From Octopus vulgaris (taxonomy: Eukaryota), in assembly GCA_951406725.2 (NCBI GenBank), contig OX597824.1:45508001-45572000 (forward strand): a stretch of DNA of 64,000 nucleotides, given 5' to 3'. The notes beneath the pieces were generated by a model. It made no database searches and had not been told where the DNA came from. It was given only the letters and a program-made list of their open reading frames with translations. Each line of letters begins with the position of its first letter. The first letter of the stretch is position 1. Positions 13,261-27,772 of this stretch are shown piece after piece. Position numbers and translations under genes: made by a program.

Positions 13261-13971
13261 TGTATGAAGTCTACTGGTTGCGTAATGTCAGTGTGCATAC
13301 ATGACAGTGGGACTGAACCCGGAACCATGCGGTTCGTAAGCAAGCTACTTACCACACAGCCACTCCTACACCTTTGTTCATCTTTCAGTTCTGATTGGGA
13401 TGTATATGCAGAAATTGTTGTGGCTGTTGTATTGTCTATGACAAGCCTAAGCTTAGTTATTTTATCACATACTACAAATTATTTTTATCTAACCATTTTT
13501 CTGGCATCAAAATACTGACTCCAACCAGTCCAACACTGTTATATACCCACAAGATTTTATACTGAAGTTCATTGTCTATGAAGAGTAGATATGTGCTTAC
13601 ATCTCTGCAATATCCTCAAACCTACCTTGCATCATACCATGAAATTTTGCATTTGACAAGAGAAGTTTGGGTGGAGAGTGGGTTGTTTGATGTTCATTTT
13701 CTGCATTTAAAAAGAAAAAAATTGATTCTCAGATACAGTTTCCATCTAGCCTTCTACTATTATCTGCAGTGGTCCCAGTAAACACAATTGGTCCCTTGTA
13801 TAATTTTCATTTTTGTGGCTGTCATGATTTTGCTATGGTTTATTAGCTGGATCCCCCATTCCTATTACTAACCAGTTTACAACACGGATTAAGTACATTT
13901 TATTGTGCTACCAATATTAGTAAAGTTGTGTTTTAGGATTAAAAGTGTCCTCTCAACATTGTCATATTTCA

Positions 13972-14193
13972 CCCTTTTGTTACTAACCCGGCTGAAACCG
14001 GCTCTGGCTCTATAGTACATATGTCTTGTGTTCATAAGTTTTGAATTAAAATCTTTCACCAAACCTTAGTTACAATTCATGTTCCTAACACTAGCTTAAT
14101 GATAACTAAGTTATTTTACTAAATTCTTTGTTATATAGTAAAATAATTGAAAGAAACACACAGCATCTCAAAATATATACAGTAATGAAAGGG
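13972..14193 (+). mobile_element. piggyBac-type MITE, family B
   Basis: ttca|cccttttgttac ... gtaatgaaaggg|TTAA; nearly identical to 52305-52524. Confidence 0.85.
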
Positions 14194-16121
14194 TTAATTC
14201 AGAGGTACTTCCCTCCTCGACAGATTGCCTTCACTGTGGCTTGTGACATCTATGTTTCCCTTATTCACAATCTTACTGTTATTGCTGTTCTAGTCAAAAT
14301 AATTTTTTAATTATTAAACTGCTATTTGGAATATAATTAAACAAAAGATTCTTACATAAAATTATGAAGGACAGTTTTAATTTAAAGATGAGCATTAAAA
14401 CAAGCAATTTTATATCATATAAGCAAAAGCATTTTCAGGTGGTGGAGTTGGTTTCAAAATGGTTAATCTGATGCACTACTTCATTATCAGCAACATCGTA
14501 ACCCCTACAGTGAAACAGTAAAACTGACATTAGAAATCTAGAACAAAGAAAAGTATATTATTAAATAGTGAAAATATACCAGAAAACTTAGTTATTGTTA
14601 GTGGTTTTTAACAGCCTGGTTGTCAAAATAGTAAAACTGAAGCTGATAATAATTCACAAAAGCTTCAAGAGATATCTCAAGAGTTTCTCCAGCATCTGGT
14701 GCTTTCAACACTAGCAATAAACTTGGTTCTCATGTGTAGAGATGTTGAAAATGAGAATTTAAAGGATAATATACAAGCAGTCGGTTTTTTAGAGAATGAA
14801 AACAGTTCAAGTTCAATGATGGAACATTATGTTAACTGTAATAGTAGCAGACATTAAAATAAATTACTTATAAGCATTAGTTAATGGGGCTATCCACCTA
14901 TTGGAAAATATAGCTGATTGGGAAATCTCAAGCCAATGGACTATCACACTTGCACGAGATAAATAAAATATTGATTAACTATGAGTAAACAACAGTTTGG
15001 ATGTTTATTCATTCATAGCATAACTGTTTCTGTATTGTCTTTAGCGACAGGGCGGGTCTAGATGACATTTTAACCAATCAATTTTTCAGCTTTTATCAGA
15101 CTTCTGCTCTCTCAGAGAGGCTTCATTTTCCCTTTTATTTGTAATTCTAGTATATTATTTTACAACTGCACATTTCCCATATCAGCTAGAAAAAATATAT
15201 ATCACTTATATTAGACAAAGAATAGACCTTCATATATTAGTCAACTGGCATAGCAGAGACATTATATATTAATTGGGGAGGAAAAACGAGAATGGAAACA
15301 AAACAGTCAGAATGAATTATATAGATTTTTCTCCCAAAGCTTCATATAAACTAATTGTGTGCATGTGTATGTATGTGCATCTACTCTTTCACTCATCCAT
15401 GCATCATTTTTACAGCCTTTTTTCCATGCTTAGTTTCTTAAATGGATAAGTTCACTTGAATTTCTAGAAGGATGTGTTCTAAAATTCCACTTCCAGCTTC
15501 ATTTAGATGTTTGCGTACTTCAAAGTGTATTGCTATAAAATATAGACATTCACAACATTCTTGTTTCATAAAGGAGTGTAAAATATAAACTTTAAAAAAT
15601 GTTCTGAATGATTATCAACAACAGTTGAATGGTGATCATAAAATTTTTGTTCATTTCCATAAACAACATATGGTGGATTTGGTCTTGATAAAAATCTTAT
15701 CACTGAAAATGTCCAACAAGTATAGAAGTAATTGGAAGACTTCTTTTGGTACATAGCATGCAAAAAGTTTATCACTAAAAAGATTAACAGTGCTTATTCT
15801 ATACAACCAAACAAGATGAAAGTTCAACGTGGTAAGACTTAAAATGAGAAGCAGATATATTAATATATCAAATAATTAGTCTAGTTTTTTTAACTCTGCA
15901 TTAAAGTTCTACTTTGCACAGGAAAGCCTCTTGCTGTAACACATTTGCATCAATACAGTATGGTTACTATCTAAGCTGCAGCTGAGTGTATGGCTGCAGG
16001 AAAAAACTAAATTTGCCTTGGACTGTATACAATCAAAACAAAAGACTAAGGTATAATCTGAAGATACACTGCTACACAATGGCTTTATGGACCACTGGTA
16101 ACACCTTTCCTTCTTGAAAAC

Positions 16122-16173
<52 letters not shown>

Positions 16174-17350
16174 CAAGATGTCCTATGTCTATAAATCAAT
16201 CTCAAGAATGAGAGAAAAGAAAAACAGCTGCTAAATGCAGAAAATAAAAGTTTTAAAGAGTGTTGAGAGGAAGACCAATTTGAATGCCTTGAATGGCTGA
16301 ACATTTGGGAGAGAAGATTAATGGAAGTGTATTGATGGAGGTGACTAATAGAGTAGGTCTCACAGTTCTCAGGGCACACCAAAATATCTGAGGGCTTGAC
16401 CTGAAACAAAACTTTACATTGACAGCTGCTAACTGGAACAAAGCTCAATTATGCTACACACTATTTTATTTATTATTTACATATCAGGTATGGAGATCCC
16501 CACCTCAAACCATAACCCCATATAGTCATCTACTTGATAGGAAAGTTTTCACTCACCATCCTCAGATCTAACACTAAATGGCATCTTTTTTCACCTTTTA
16601 CTGACTCAACAAATCCCTGCTCCACCAAGTTATCTCACTGTATGACCAAGGTCCCACTCAAAGCAATTCATAGTCCCACTGTCTCACCTTTAGGCAATAT
16701 ATGAAACACTTTTCCTAATCTTTCTCCAGAATATATACTCCTGAAACTAGCTGCAAATGTATTACTTTCACCCACCAGTCTGTATGAATTCAAATAGGAT
16801 ATTAACCTCAGCCAGTTACCCCTACCTCCTAACACTATCTCTCATAGTATCTTTCATACTTACAAAATACAAAATTAAATCAACAAGAACATCAGTATCA
16901 CAGAGCAGATTTATATTTTTAATGTCTATGATAAATAATATCCATATTAAGAAAAAATTAGTAAATGACACTAGTGTTGTCATTGAAATGTTGATAAATT
17001 AATATTCTCATAATATACACAGAGGCTATTTGAGCAAATGACAACTATTCACCACCTGATTTTATTACTGAAGGTAATCCTCTAAAGAGGTCACATTCTA
17101 TTTTGATTAGCAGATCATACAGCCAATCTAATTTTAAGAAATATATCAGCTTAGAGAGATATACAACAAATGGTATGCAGCAGATTTAAGTAACCAGTTT
17201 CTTTAGCTAGCAGTTTTTATTTGTTTTGCTTTTACTTGGCCTAGATGTAGTAATTAAGCAAACCTTAATCCAAATCAGTCAGTATTTTATAGATTCAAAG
17301 AAATGAGTCACAATGTTTTTCTTTTATTCCAACTAATAAAGGAGCTTCAA

Positions 17351-17566
17351 CCCTTTAGCATTCAGATTACTCTACCAAATGTAATGCGTATTTATTCACA
17401 TTGTTTTGAATTAATCATGCATTATCTTGTAGCTTTAAGATTTCAATGATGTGATTGTTTATTTTTAGAAGAGTATAAGGTAAATGTAAGAGGCCATATC
17501 TGGTTGGTTTTAACACAGACAGGTAAGATATTTTGGCTGCATATAACCGGTTTAAATGCTAAAAGG
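17351..17566 (+). mobile_element. piggyBac-type MITE, family A
   Basis: tcaa|ccctttagcatt ... aatgctaaaagg|TTAA. Confidence 0.8.
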
Positions 17567-18151
17567 TTAAATCAGTTAAAAATGACTAAAATGAACATTT
17601 TGAAACATTGTTGAGGAAGAAGAGGGAGAAGACAAAGGATAAGGAGAAAGAATAGAAGAGACTACATAGAGAGGAAGGGAGGGAGGAATCAAAGGAGAGG
17701 AAGTGAGCAAAAAAGGAGAGGCAGAATGAGTATAAAAGGAGAGATATATAAAATTTTTGTTTGTAATCTAGTTAAGAGTAACTATGAAAATATACATAAA
17801 CTTAACTGAACAGCTTTTAGGAAAAGCTTACCAGCTGAGGCATGTGAATAGGAAAATTATTTAGGGGGTCATGACTTTCACAGGCTGATAGGAAAGTGCT
17901 TTGTTCAATATGGAGAAAAAGCAGTTGATTAAAAGTCAATACCATGTTGACAGGACAGTATGATTACTGAAAAACTGACAGATGGTAAGTGTTCCAAGTA
18001 CACAGCTACAGCAAAATTTTCCCTCAAATGAGGTATGAAGGCAGCAAGTGCTAGAAGAAGCTTATAGGGAAGAAGAAAAAAATACATTACGAAATATTGC
18101 AGTGTGAGTGTGTGAGCGGGATAACATATTTGTCCACTTTTGAAAAAAAGG

Positions 18152-18535
18152 TGTAGGCGTGGCTGTGTGGTAAGAAGCTTGCTTCCCAGCCACATGGTAC
18201 CAGGTTCAGTCCCACTGTGTGACACCTCTGGCAAGTATTTTCTACTATACTCTTGGACCGACCAAAGCCTTGTGAATGGATTTGGTTGACAGAAACTGAA
18301 AGACCATTGTGTATGTATGTATATATATTATCCATATATGTGTGAGTGTCTGTTCCCTACCACCACTTGACAACTGGTGTTGGTAAGTTAACATCCCCAT
18401 AACTTAATGGTTTGGCAAAAGAGACTGATAGAATAAGTACTAGGCTTAAGAAATAAGTCCTGGGGTTGAGTTGTTCGACTAAAACTAAGGCAGTGCCCCA
18501 GGATGGCCACAATCAAATGACTCAAACAAGTAAAA
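18152..18535 (+). mobile_element. tRNA-derived SINE
   Basis: A-box-like tggctgtgtggt, B-box-like ggttcagtccc, central TA/TG microsatellite, tail ...caaatgactcaaacaagtaaaaga; homologous to 20010-20455 and 59215-59560. Confidence 0.85.
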
Positions 18536-20009
18536 GAAAAAACAACAAAAAAAAACCCAAACCATAAACTACAAATTTCATTATCTACAACAGTACTACC
18601 AAGTTACATCATCAATTTTCTCATGCTAGTAAGGGTTGGATGAACTTCATGTATTTTAGCCATTGCCATAAGTTTTGTCAACTGACACACAGCAACAGAG
18701 AAAAATCAACTGTATTGTGTGTTGTTATATTTTATCATGCTACCAGTACTTATGAAGTTCAGTGAAACCCTCCACAGCTCTATGTTGCCTCCATTCATTC
18801 ATTTCTGTTGTGGACTCTTACAAAATTTATTTGGATTTTCCAAATAAACCATTTTACAGAGTACACTGAGTGCATTTTACTCTAACCAACACTAGAGCAA
18901 TGTATATTAAACATACTAAAGTGATGTATATTTTTTTCTGCTGAGGCACTGGATTCATTTTTGAAAGAGATGGTGTCTGAATGTGTTGAGACCAGGTTAG
19001 CTTTGGATAATTTGTGATTCTTGAGATTATCTCCCTTTTTTATATGGAGCTGGTCTCAATTACTATTTTGATAATTGTAACATATCTTCTAGAGATGGAG
19101 ATTATTTTAATAAACTAAGAATTTATGTTGCATGGCATTTGATATGCCTGTAGTTGTCTCTGTCGTTCATATACATGCTACTGGCCATTTTGAGTTATTT
19201 CTCTTAGTTCAATTTTGTTTAATTTATAATAGCATAAAGCAGGAGAATATCCTGAGCATGTTTTGGATTCAATTTTGGTAACAATAATTGTTTGGTAATA
19301 CTAGAGAATGCTTAGTGTGTGTGTTGACATGTGGTGTGCGTGTTGGTATACACACTTGCATGTCCACAAGTATGTATGAAATGCACAAGTAATCTAAGTA
19401 TACCAGGGGCGTTTTATGAACCTTTTAACAAAATATGCAGTCTTGGAATTTTAATTCTTTTGATATCAATTCATCCGAGACTGCCGCTGGCTATATAAAA
19501 CCATTTCATATTTTAAAATGATCTAAATTAAAACCTTCCACCAAAATTTCGTGTTAATCATCATCTTATTAATGACAAAGTATTAAATTCTTCAATATTT
19601 TCAAACTTAACTGGAACACAAACAGTATATTTCAATAGAAGTATGATAACAAAAGTCTTACTACATATAACTCTAAGTAAGAATTGTTGCATACTATTAT
19701 TCCCTTGTCATCAAACCATGAAGAAAATTATTGCTATGGTTAGCCAACATTTGCCAAGAGCAGAAAGTCTTTTTGGAATAAAATATAGTTTTTAAAATCA
19801 TTTCCTAACAGTGAACCACAACAATTTTGTAGAAAAAATTCTAAAAATTGAAAGAAAATGTATCTAAGGTTTCCTAGTTGTCCTTTAAAACATTTTCTTA
19901 GTAAACAGATCTAACATTTCCATTTGCAAACACACCTCTTAAAACATTTTGAAGTACAAAGTAGTTTTTAAAATTATTGCATAGAAAACCTTTGTATTAC
20001 AATAGATTT

Positions 20010-20192
20010 TAGGCACAGGAGTGGCTGTGTGCTAAGTAGCTTGCTTACCAACCACACAGTTCCAGGTTCAATCCCACTGTATGGCACCTTGGGCAAGTAT
20101 CTTCTACTATAGCCTCGGGCCAACCAAAGCCTTGTGAGTGGATTTGGTAGACAGAAACTGAAAGAAGCCTGTCGTATATGTGTGTGTGTGTA

Positions 20193-20249
<57 letters not shown>

Positions 20250-20455
20250 GTATGTGTGTGTATATGCTTGTTCCCCCAACATAGCTTGACAACCGATGCT
20301 GGTGTGTTTACGTCCTTGTAACTTAGTGGTTTGGCAAAAGAGACCGATAGAATAAGTACTAGGCTTACAAAGAATAAGTCCTGGGGTCAATTCGCTCGAC
20401 TAAAGGTGGTGGTCCAGCATGGCTGTAGTCAAATGACTGAAACAAGTAAAAGAGA
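20010..20455 (+). mobile_element. tRNA-derived SINE, near full length
   Basis: ggcacaggagtggctgtgtgctaag (A box) ... ggttcaatccc (B box), central (TG)n(TA)n, tail gtcaaatgactgaaacaagtaaaagag. Confidence 0.9.
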
Positions 20456-21199
20456 GTAAATAATAAAAAAACTCAGAAAAGCTATCTATTTCAAAATAAC
20501 ACTTGGTTAAGGATTAACTAAAGGTGCCCCTTTCATTATCTTTTATGAACAAGTCAAGATGGGTAACATTTGTCTTACTCTATTTTGACTTCTAATACAT
20601 ATTTAATTATTAAGCAAACGTCCTATTTTTAATATGAATTGTCTTTACTTTTCATACCCAAGCATGAAACTAGCATCACTTTATTGACCGAAAAAATGAC
20701 AAAATTGCAAAGCCAACTAACTTCAGGGCAAATGATTTAACTGTAAATATAGAATGCAATTTTGTCAAGTGCTGTGTAAACTATTAAGCTTATTTGAATC
20801 CTCCCTTGTTGGATTAATATTTCATTTAGCAAACTGAGAATGCAATTAGGTACAATAGTGTATGTCCTGCTGTTTCTAACTAGAGTTAACTTATGGTGCA
20901 TAACATTATTATAAGCATATTAACTATAGTTGAATTCTTACTCCCTTTCTACTCCTGCTATCCTCAAGTATACACATTTCCATCTCAATAGGCATCGTAC
21001 ATAAGCATTACCTGTTCTTAAAATAATAATAGTCTTGAGCAATTGCTGCCAATATCCTTTTACTTCCTCAATGCACTCACATTCAAATAGTAACTCATGC
21101 ACATTCAACTGTTATTTTTATTACACTACAGTATGAGCCTTTAGGTAGTCACTTGACCTGCAAAAATAGCGGCCAAATCTTCCTCAAACGACACATCTT

Positions 21200-24100
21200 A
21201 GTGTTGTAGTGAAAATAGTACACCCTTGTGACAAAGTGGTATGATAAGCCATTATAAAGTCAGACAGTCATTCAGTCATAGCAAGTAGTAGAGTCATATG
21301 AGTTTTTGGATGGAGTTAGTGTCAGTTACATGATATATACAAGTCTGAGTTACGGGCTAGGTAAACATCTCAAAGTCACTGTCTTGCAGAGCTATCAGTG
21401 ATAGCATGATAGATAAGTCAACGGTAATAAGAAATGGAATACCGCAACAACATAATTGTAGCGACAAGAATATTACAGTGCTGGCAATAACATACAAATG
21501 GATGAGGATCCACATTATAACAGTGGCAACAAGGATATAAACAATTCACATGGATAACGTTGAAAAAAATTTTTTTTACAAAAAAGTAAACAATTCACGC
21601 AGATGACATTGAAAAATTTTCACATGGAGAAATTAAAAACTCAACATTTTTGCTGTACATATTTTACAAAAAAATCTGTAAGATTATGGAAAACTTGTTA
21701 GTTGAGTTGCAAAAACAGCAACAACAACAAATGCTACAACTAATGAAGTTGGTCACAAAACCAGAAAATACATTTTTGCCAGACCATATAGTAAATTCAA
21801 TAAATAAATTTAAGCATGACCCGTAAGAAGTCACTGTCGAAGCATATTACTGAAGATTTGAACAAATCTTCAGTAATATGCCTTGTAATCTTCAGTAACA
21901 AAAACGAATGCCAAAACTGGACAGCCGAAATGAAAATGCGTCTAATTCTAAGGAAACTGGCGATGACAGAACATTAAAATACTGTAACTTTATACTGCCT
22001 AAAAAAGATTCTCACATAAATTTCATGGACACATTCGACATTTTATGTAAGATGTTCAGTGAAAATAATATCATTATTCAACACATGTTGGAAGTGTTTG
22101 AACATGGAGAAAAGTGACAACAAAGACTTTACCACATATGCAGGTAGAGTGAACAGAGAGCGCAAGAGATTTAAACTGGATAAACTAATTCCAGAATTGT
22201 TCAAGTGCCTGATTTTTGCACACGGACTTATTGCTAAAAAGGATGCAGAAGTCAGAGTGAAAATTCTCACAAAGCTAGAAATGAACCAAAATATAACTCT
22301 CTTAGAAACTGTCAGAAGAGTGCGATATGATATTAACAGTAAGGCACGATACAGAAGAAATCCAATGCAGATAAAACCAGTGTGGAAGAATCAGAAGACG
22401 GATAAAGTGTTTCACAAAAAATGCGATATACAAGTGAAGATAAACCCATGTATGGCATGCGGTGGAAGGCACTTGAGAAAAGAGTGTCGATTCAAAAAAG
22501 CAAAGTGTTTTCATTGAGGGAACACAGGACATTAAATCGTACTGCAGAACAAAGATGATGAAAAATGAGAAAAAAAAAATAGTTCGTCAGTAGAGGAAAA
22601 AGTTTGTACAACAAACAGAAAATCCATCAAGGGGAGGATCAAAACAGCTAGTGTCAAAATGCAATAAGACATGGGTAGTGCCATCACTATCATAAATGAA
22701 GAAACATAGCAACAAATAGGTAAACCTAAATTACTTAAATCAAATAAAGTAGCATATGATGTTACAAGAAAGAAATTATATTTCATTGGAAAATGTATTT
22801 GCAATTTTACTTTTCTAGGTGAAATGAAAAGGACAATCATTTGTGTTCACTAAACCTATTTGGCACAGAATGCATGGAGTTATTTAAAATGTGGGATACC
22901 CCCATTAGTGTTCTCTGTGAAAATGTAGTTAGCAAGGTCAAAAGTTCGAATGAAGTAGAACAACTGAGATAAAATATTAAAAAATTGTTTCCAAATGTTT
23001 TTTGGAGGGATTAGGCTGTTGCACTAAAACAAAAGCGAGGATCACAGTAAAAGAAAAGGCAACACCTGTTTTTATGCCCAAATGGAATTTACAATTTGCA
23101 GTGTTGGACCAGGTTAATAAAGAGCTAGAAAGACTAGAAAATCTAGCTATAATTAAAAAAGTCAACCATTCAGACTGGGCAGCTCTGATGGTTTATGTAA
23201 AGAATAAAAATAATAAAGAGTGTGTGCGGACTTTTCAACTGAATTAAATGACTGTTTAGGTAAACACAATTATACATTACCAAGCCCAGAGGAAGTGTTC
23301 TTAAAACTAAATGAAGGAAAAATTTTCTGGAAGCTAGACCTCTCGGAGGCTTACCTGCAGATACAGGCAGAGGAAGATTACACACACCTTTTAACAAGCA
23401 ACGCATACCGTGGATTGTATAAATTCAAGCGGCTTCCTTTTGGAGTAAAAGTGGTACCTGCTATATTCCAACAAGTGATGGACACAATGTTAAATGATTG
23501 CGACTTTGCTATCACTTATCTCAATGATATTTTGATAAAGAGCGAGTCAGTGGAGTAACACTTTGAACATATTAAAAAAAGTATTTGGAAAAATAAATGA
23601 ATATGAATTTAGACTAACAGATGAAAAATGAATTTTTGATGAAAAAATAATCAAATATTTAGGTCAAGCAATTGATGAAAGGGGATGAAGACCAGACCCA
23701 TCAAGGGTTACAGCAATAAAGAATATGCCTGCCCCAATGAATGTCAAATTATTACAAGCATTGTTAGTCTACAATCGAGAATATATCCCAAACATACACA
23801 ACACAAGGTCTCCACTAAACGAGCTGTTAAAAAAGATGCTAAGTGGTTTTGGTCAGAAAAATGACAGAAGGCATTTGAGGAACTAAAAAGCATGTTAACT
23901 TCAGACTTGTTGTTTACACACTTCGATCCGAAGTTGGAAATGACACTGGCAACAGATACTAGTGAAGATGGCAGCCAAAAGGCCAGAGCTCACATGTCAA
24001 GGACGCTATGGCCAGCATAAAAAATTATAGCCAAACTGAAAAAGAGGCATTGTTGATTATATCTGGCATAAAAAGTTCCACAGGTTTATACATGGTAGAC

Positions 24101-25420
24101 GGTATTGCCTGTTGCTAACAATTTATGGATTCAAGAAAGGAATCCCAGTATATATAGCGAACAGGTTGCAGCAATGGGACACCATACTATTAAACTATGA
24201 CTACACAATGGAATATCTACCTTCACAAAAGTTAGGATATGCTGATAGCCTATTGAGATTTATACCCAGAAATGGTGAACTATTCGAGGACACAGTAATA
24301 GCAGCCTTAAGAGCTGAAGCAGAAATTAAACACATAATGTGAAACATTGTACAAGAGTTACCAATAACTCTAGAGGAGATAAAGTGACATGTCAAAAGAT
24401 AAGTTCATTAATGAAACAAAAAAAATCTATGGTCAGCTGAAGGAAACAAAAAATAGGTTCAGTAAGAAAAAACAGCAACAGGTAAACATATATTTAACTT
24501 GTGATGGCATACCGATGTATGGCCAAAAGGTAGTGATACCCGGGACTTTATAAAAAAGAATGTTGAAAGAATTCCATATTGGACATCTGGGGATTGCAAG
24601 GATGACAGCACTTATGTGCAGTTATGTGTATTGGCAGTAGATGGGCAAGGAAGTTGAAAATGTATTAAAAGGCTGCAGAGGATGTGCTCTGGCAGCAAAG
24701 TTGCCTACTAAAAAATGGGAGCCTTGGCCAGAAGTAAAAAGTCCATGGTCAAGACCACATATTGATTTTGTGAGTCCGTTAAATGGTTACTACTACTTAG
24801 TAGTAGTTGACAGTTTTACAAAATGGCTGGACATTGTTAAGTGCAAAAGACCAACCTCTGAAATAGTTTTGTGGACATTTTTAAAAGAGCTTTGAGAAAA
24901 GCAAACAAGGAAATCACAGACGAAGTTGTTCTGTCGCAATTCCTAGGTGTATACGGGTGACACAGAATCCCAATACACCAACAGGAAGCTCACCAGCAGA
25001 GCTGATGTTTGCAAGGAAGGTGAAATCAGTTTTTGATAAACTGTTACATGGCGAGGAAGGAAAACAAACAGGAAAGACAATCCCAATTTTTTTCAAAATT
25101 GGCAATAAGGTGTACATGAGGTCATATAAAAATGAAAACAGTACTGGGAAGAAGGAAAAATTATAAAGTACATAGGAAAAATGATGTAGGGAATTAAAAG
25201 CAGAAAAGGTATTGAAAAAAGACACAGAAACCAATTGAAAAAGAGATTCATAGAAAATGGACCAGACAGATTAGAAGAACCTATGAAATGGCTGTATGAT
25301 ACATTCCCAGTACCAACACTGTTACAGGTGGTTGAACCCATGCGTACAAGTGAAAGAAAAAGGAAGAACACAGAGTTCCTACAAAAAGGATTCACATTAT
25401 AACACTTAGAAAAGAATATT
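21200..25420 (+). mobile_element. Decayed Ty3/Gypsy LTR retrotransposon (gag-PR-RT-RH-IN)
   Basis: Gag knuckle CMACGGRHLRKEC (~22448); protease DMGSAITII (~22668); RT CADFS..KLDLSEAYLQI..RLPFGVKVVPAIFQQVMD..YLND (23220-23558); RNase H ATDTS..YSQTEKEAL; integrase HIGHLG..CRGC..PWSRPHIDF..LVVVDSFTKW with an internal deletion near 24860. PBS-like tggcaacaagg at ~21524. Many stops; no 3' LTR recognised. Confidence 0.9.
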
Positions 25421-26034
25421 CCATACATGTTGTCATTAATGTATTGTTCCGAGAAAAAGATTGGCTAGAATGCTTTCTGATTACACATCTGGTTGAACAA
25501 AGCTGATTTGAAAAAGAAACAAACTACCTATCATGCACAGCTAAAATAACTTTCATGCTAACTATTAGAGAGTAGTAAATTGACAGAAATGGTAGAAATT
25601 TGGACTAAAAGTCAATCAGTATTCAGATCTATTCCTCTACACTTAAAGTGCAAATCTTACTGGGGTTGCTTTCTGCCTTTTATTACTTAGGAGTTGATAA
25701 AATAGCTACCAGTAATATACTGGTTTGATTGAACTAACTTTACCCAGCCTTTATTAATTCATAATACATCAATGCAAGAAATAAGCAACTATTGTGGAAT
25801 TTCTCTTTTTCTCATAGTAAACTGATTTGTATCCATCTATGAAGAAAGGAGAGGTGGTGGTGGTTGTGGTAGAGGAGCAAATTAATCAACAAAATATTTT
25901 CTTTTAAATCCACCAGTCAAGAATCTTTATCAAAATACAAAGAATTTTGCTCAAGTATACAAAAGAAACATTTCCAAAGGAGTGTTAATTCAATTCAGAA
26001 GACTATTATTTTCCCCATTTGGCCAACAATAATA

Positions 26035-26803
26035 ACAATAATGGAGTTGATAAAAAATCCTGGAGATGGTTAAGATATGTTTTTTTTAAAGAAGACAAAA
26101 GAATTGATTCTGGCTGCTGAAGAATAAGCTTTATGAACCAACTCAATCAAGTGTAGAATTAATAAAATAGTAGTATCACCGTTGTGTAGATTATGTGAAA
26201 GATCATCTGAGCCAGTTAGACATATTAGTGGATGCTCAAAACTAGCCCAAAAGGAGTACAAAAATTGCCATGACAGTGCAAATACACTGAGAGTTGTGCA
26301 TGAAGTATGGGCTACAATGTTCCAACAAGTGGTATGAGCGCCAAACCTTGGCAGTTGCAGAGAATGATCATGTGAAACTCACATGGGATATGCCAATATA
26401 CACAGATAAGAAGCTGAAACAGAACTGACCAGACAGCACTCCGCTATGGAGGGAGTCCAAAGAATGACCTTTCATCAACATTGCTATACCTGCAGACCAG
26501 AATACTGAGGAAGACAGAGGGTGAGAAAGTCAGGAAGTACCAAAACCTAGCATTGGAAAGGAAATGCATCCACGAAAACTCAAAAGTGAGTGTGGTACCT
26601 ATTGTGATCAATACACTTGGGATCATGTCAAAGGAAGCAATATTCTGGCATTAAAAGCTGAAAATACTAAACTTCATAGGAAGTACTCAGTTGGTAGCAA
26701 TAAGTAGAACAGCATACGTATTGAAGAAAGTGTTGCATCTCTAAGCTGCAGAATGGAGCTGAGATGTGACAGATAACTCAGAAGTTAAGATGATGATAAT
26801 GAT
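26035..26803 (+). mobile_element. Second R4/Dong-like RLE LINE 3' remnant
   Basis: FLKKTKELILAAEE*AL*TNSIK..LCRLCERSSEPVRHISGCSKLAQKEYKNCHD..LTWDMPIYTDKKLK..PD..EKVRKYQNLA..VVPIVINTLG; (gat/aat)-rich tail. Confidence 0.8.
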
Positions 26804-27547
26804 GAACATTGGTCTTCTAGTCTAAGTAAAAAATCTTGAAAATTCTCTAAGATTTAACATCTACTATCACTATATGACAAAATGTAGGAAGAAAGTGCCT
26901 AAAATTCTTGATATGGTAATATCTGTGGAGAAATACAAGGTTGAAAAGCATTTATCAACTTTGTGGTTACTGAAAATGGATGTATAACCAGTAGTGATGG
27001 AATGTCTAAGAAAACAAAGTGCCAACTAGACACCATAAACCATATTTACACTATTTTTATCAATTTCACTGCTATAATAATTATGTTAATTTGTGTAAGC
27101 ACAAAGTCAATTTTACTGGGGAGTGTTTTATAATTAAATAACAAATTATTACAAATATTTTAGTACATCTTAGAAACAAAAGGCAAAATTGATAAGCACA
27201 ATTTGTTTGCAAGGGAAACGAAAAAGCCAAAGCAGAACTTACAATATACTATTAAGCAAACTAAGGTTATGCATATCATCATTTGCACTATAACCATAAC
27301 TATTAACAAATATATTTTTTTGCAGTTTAATATCAGTTTTGCAATGCTAGCATAAAGTGTGATTTTTAGCAAATTTCCATTTTATTGGACAAACAGCTTT
27401 ATACAAATAACCATTCATTCTTGAATTGATACTTGTTATCAGCTAGGGAAACTGAATTGAACGTTATATGCGAAGGATAACACAGTCAAGCTTTAACCTC
27501 AGAGTTTTCATGTCAGTTATTTTGAGTAGGCAGACAAACCACCACTA

Positions 27548-27772
<225 letters not shown>

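Noticed and set aside
18152-18230. tRNA gene calls at A/B-box sequences (also 20010, 48890-48964, 59215)
   Set aside because: They are SINE heads continuing into shared repeat bodies, without a complete cloverleaf.
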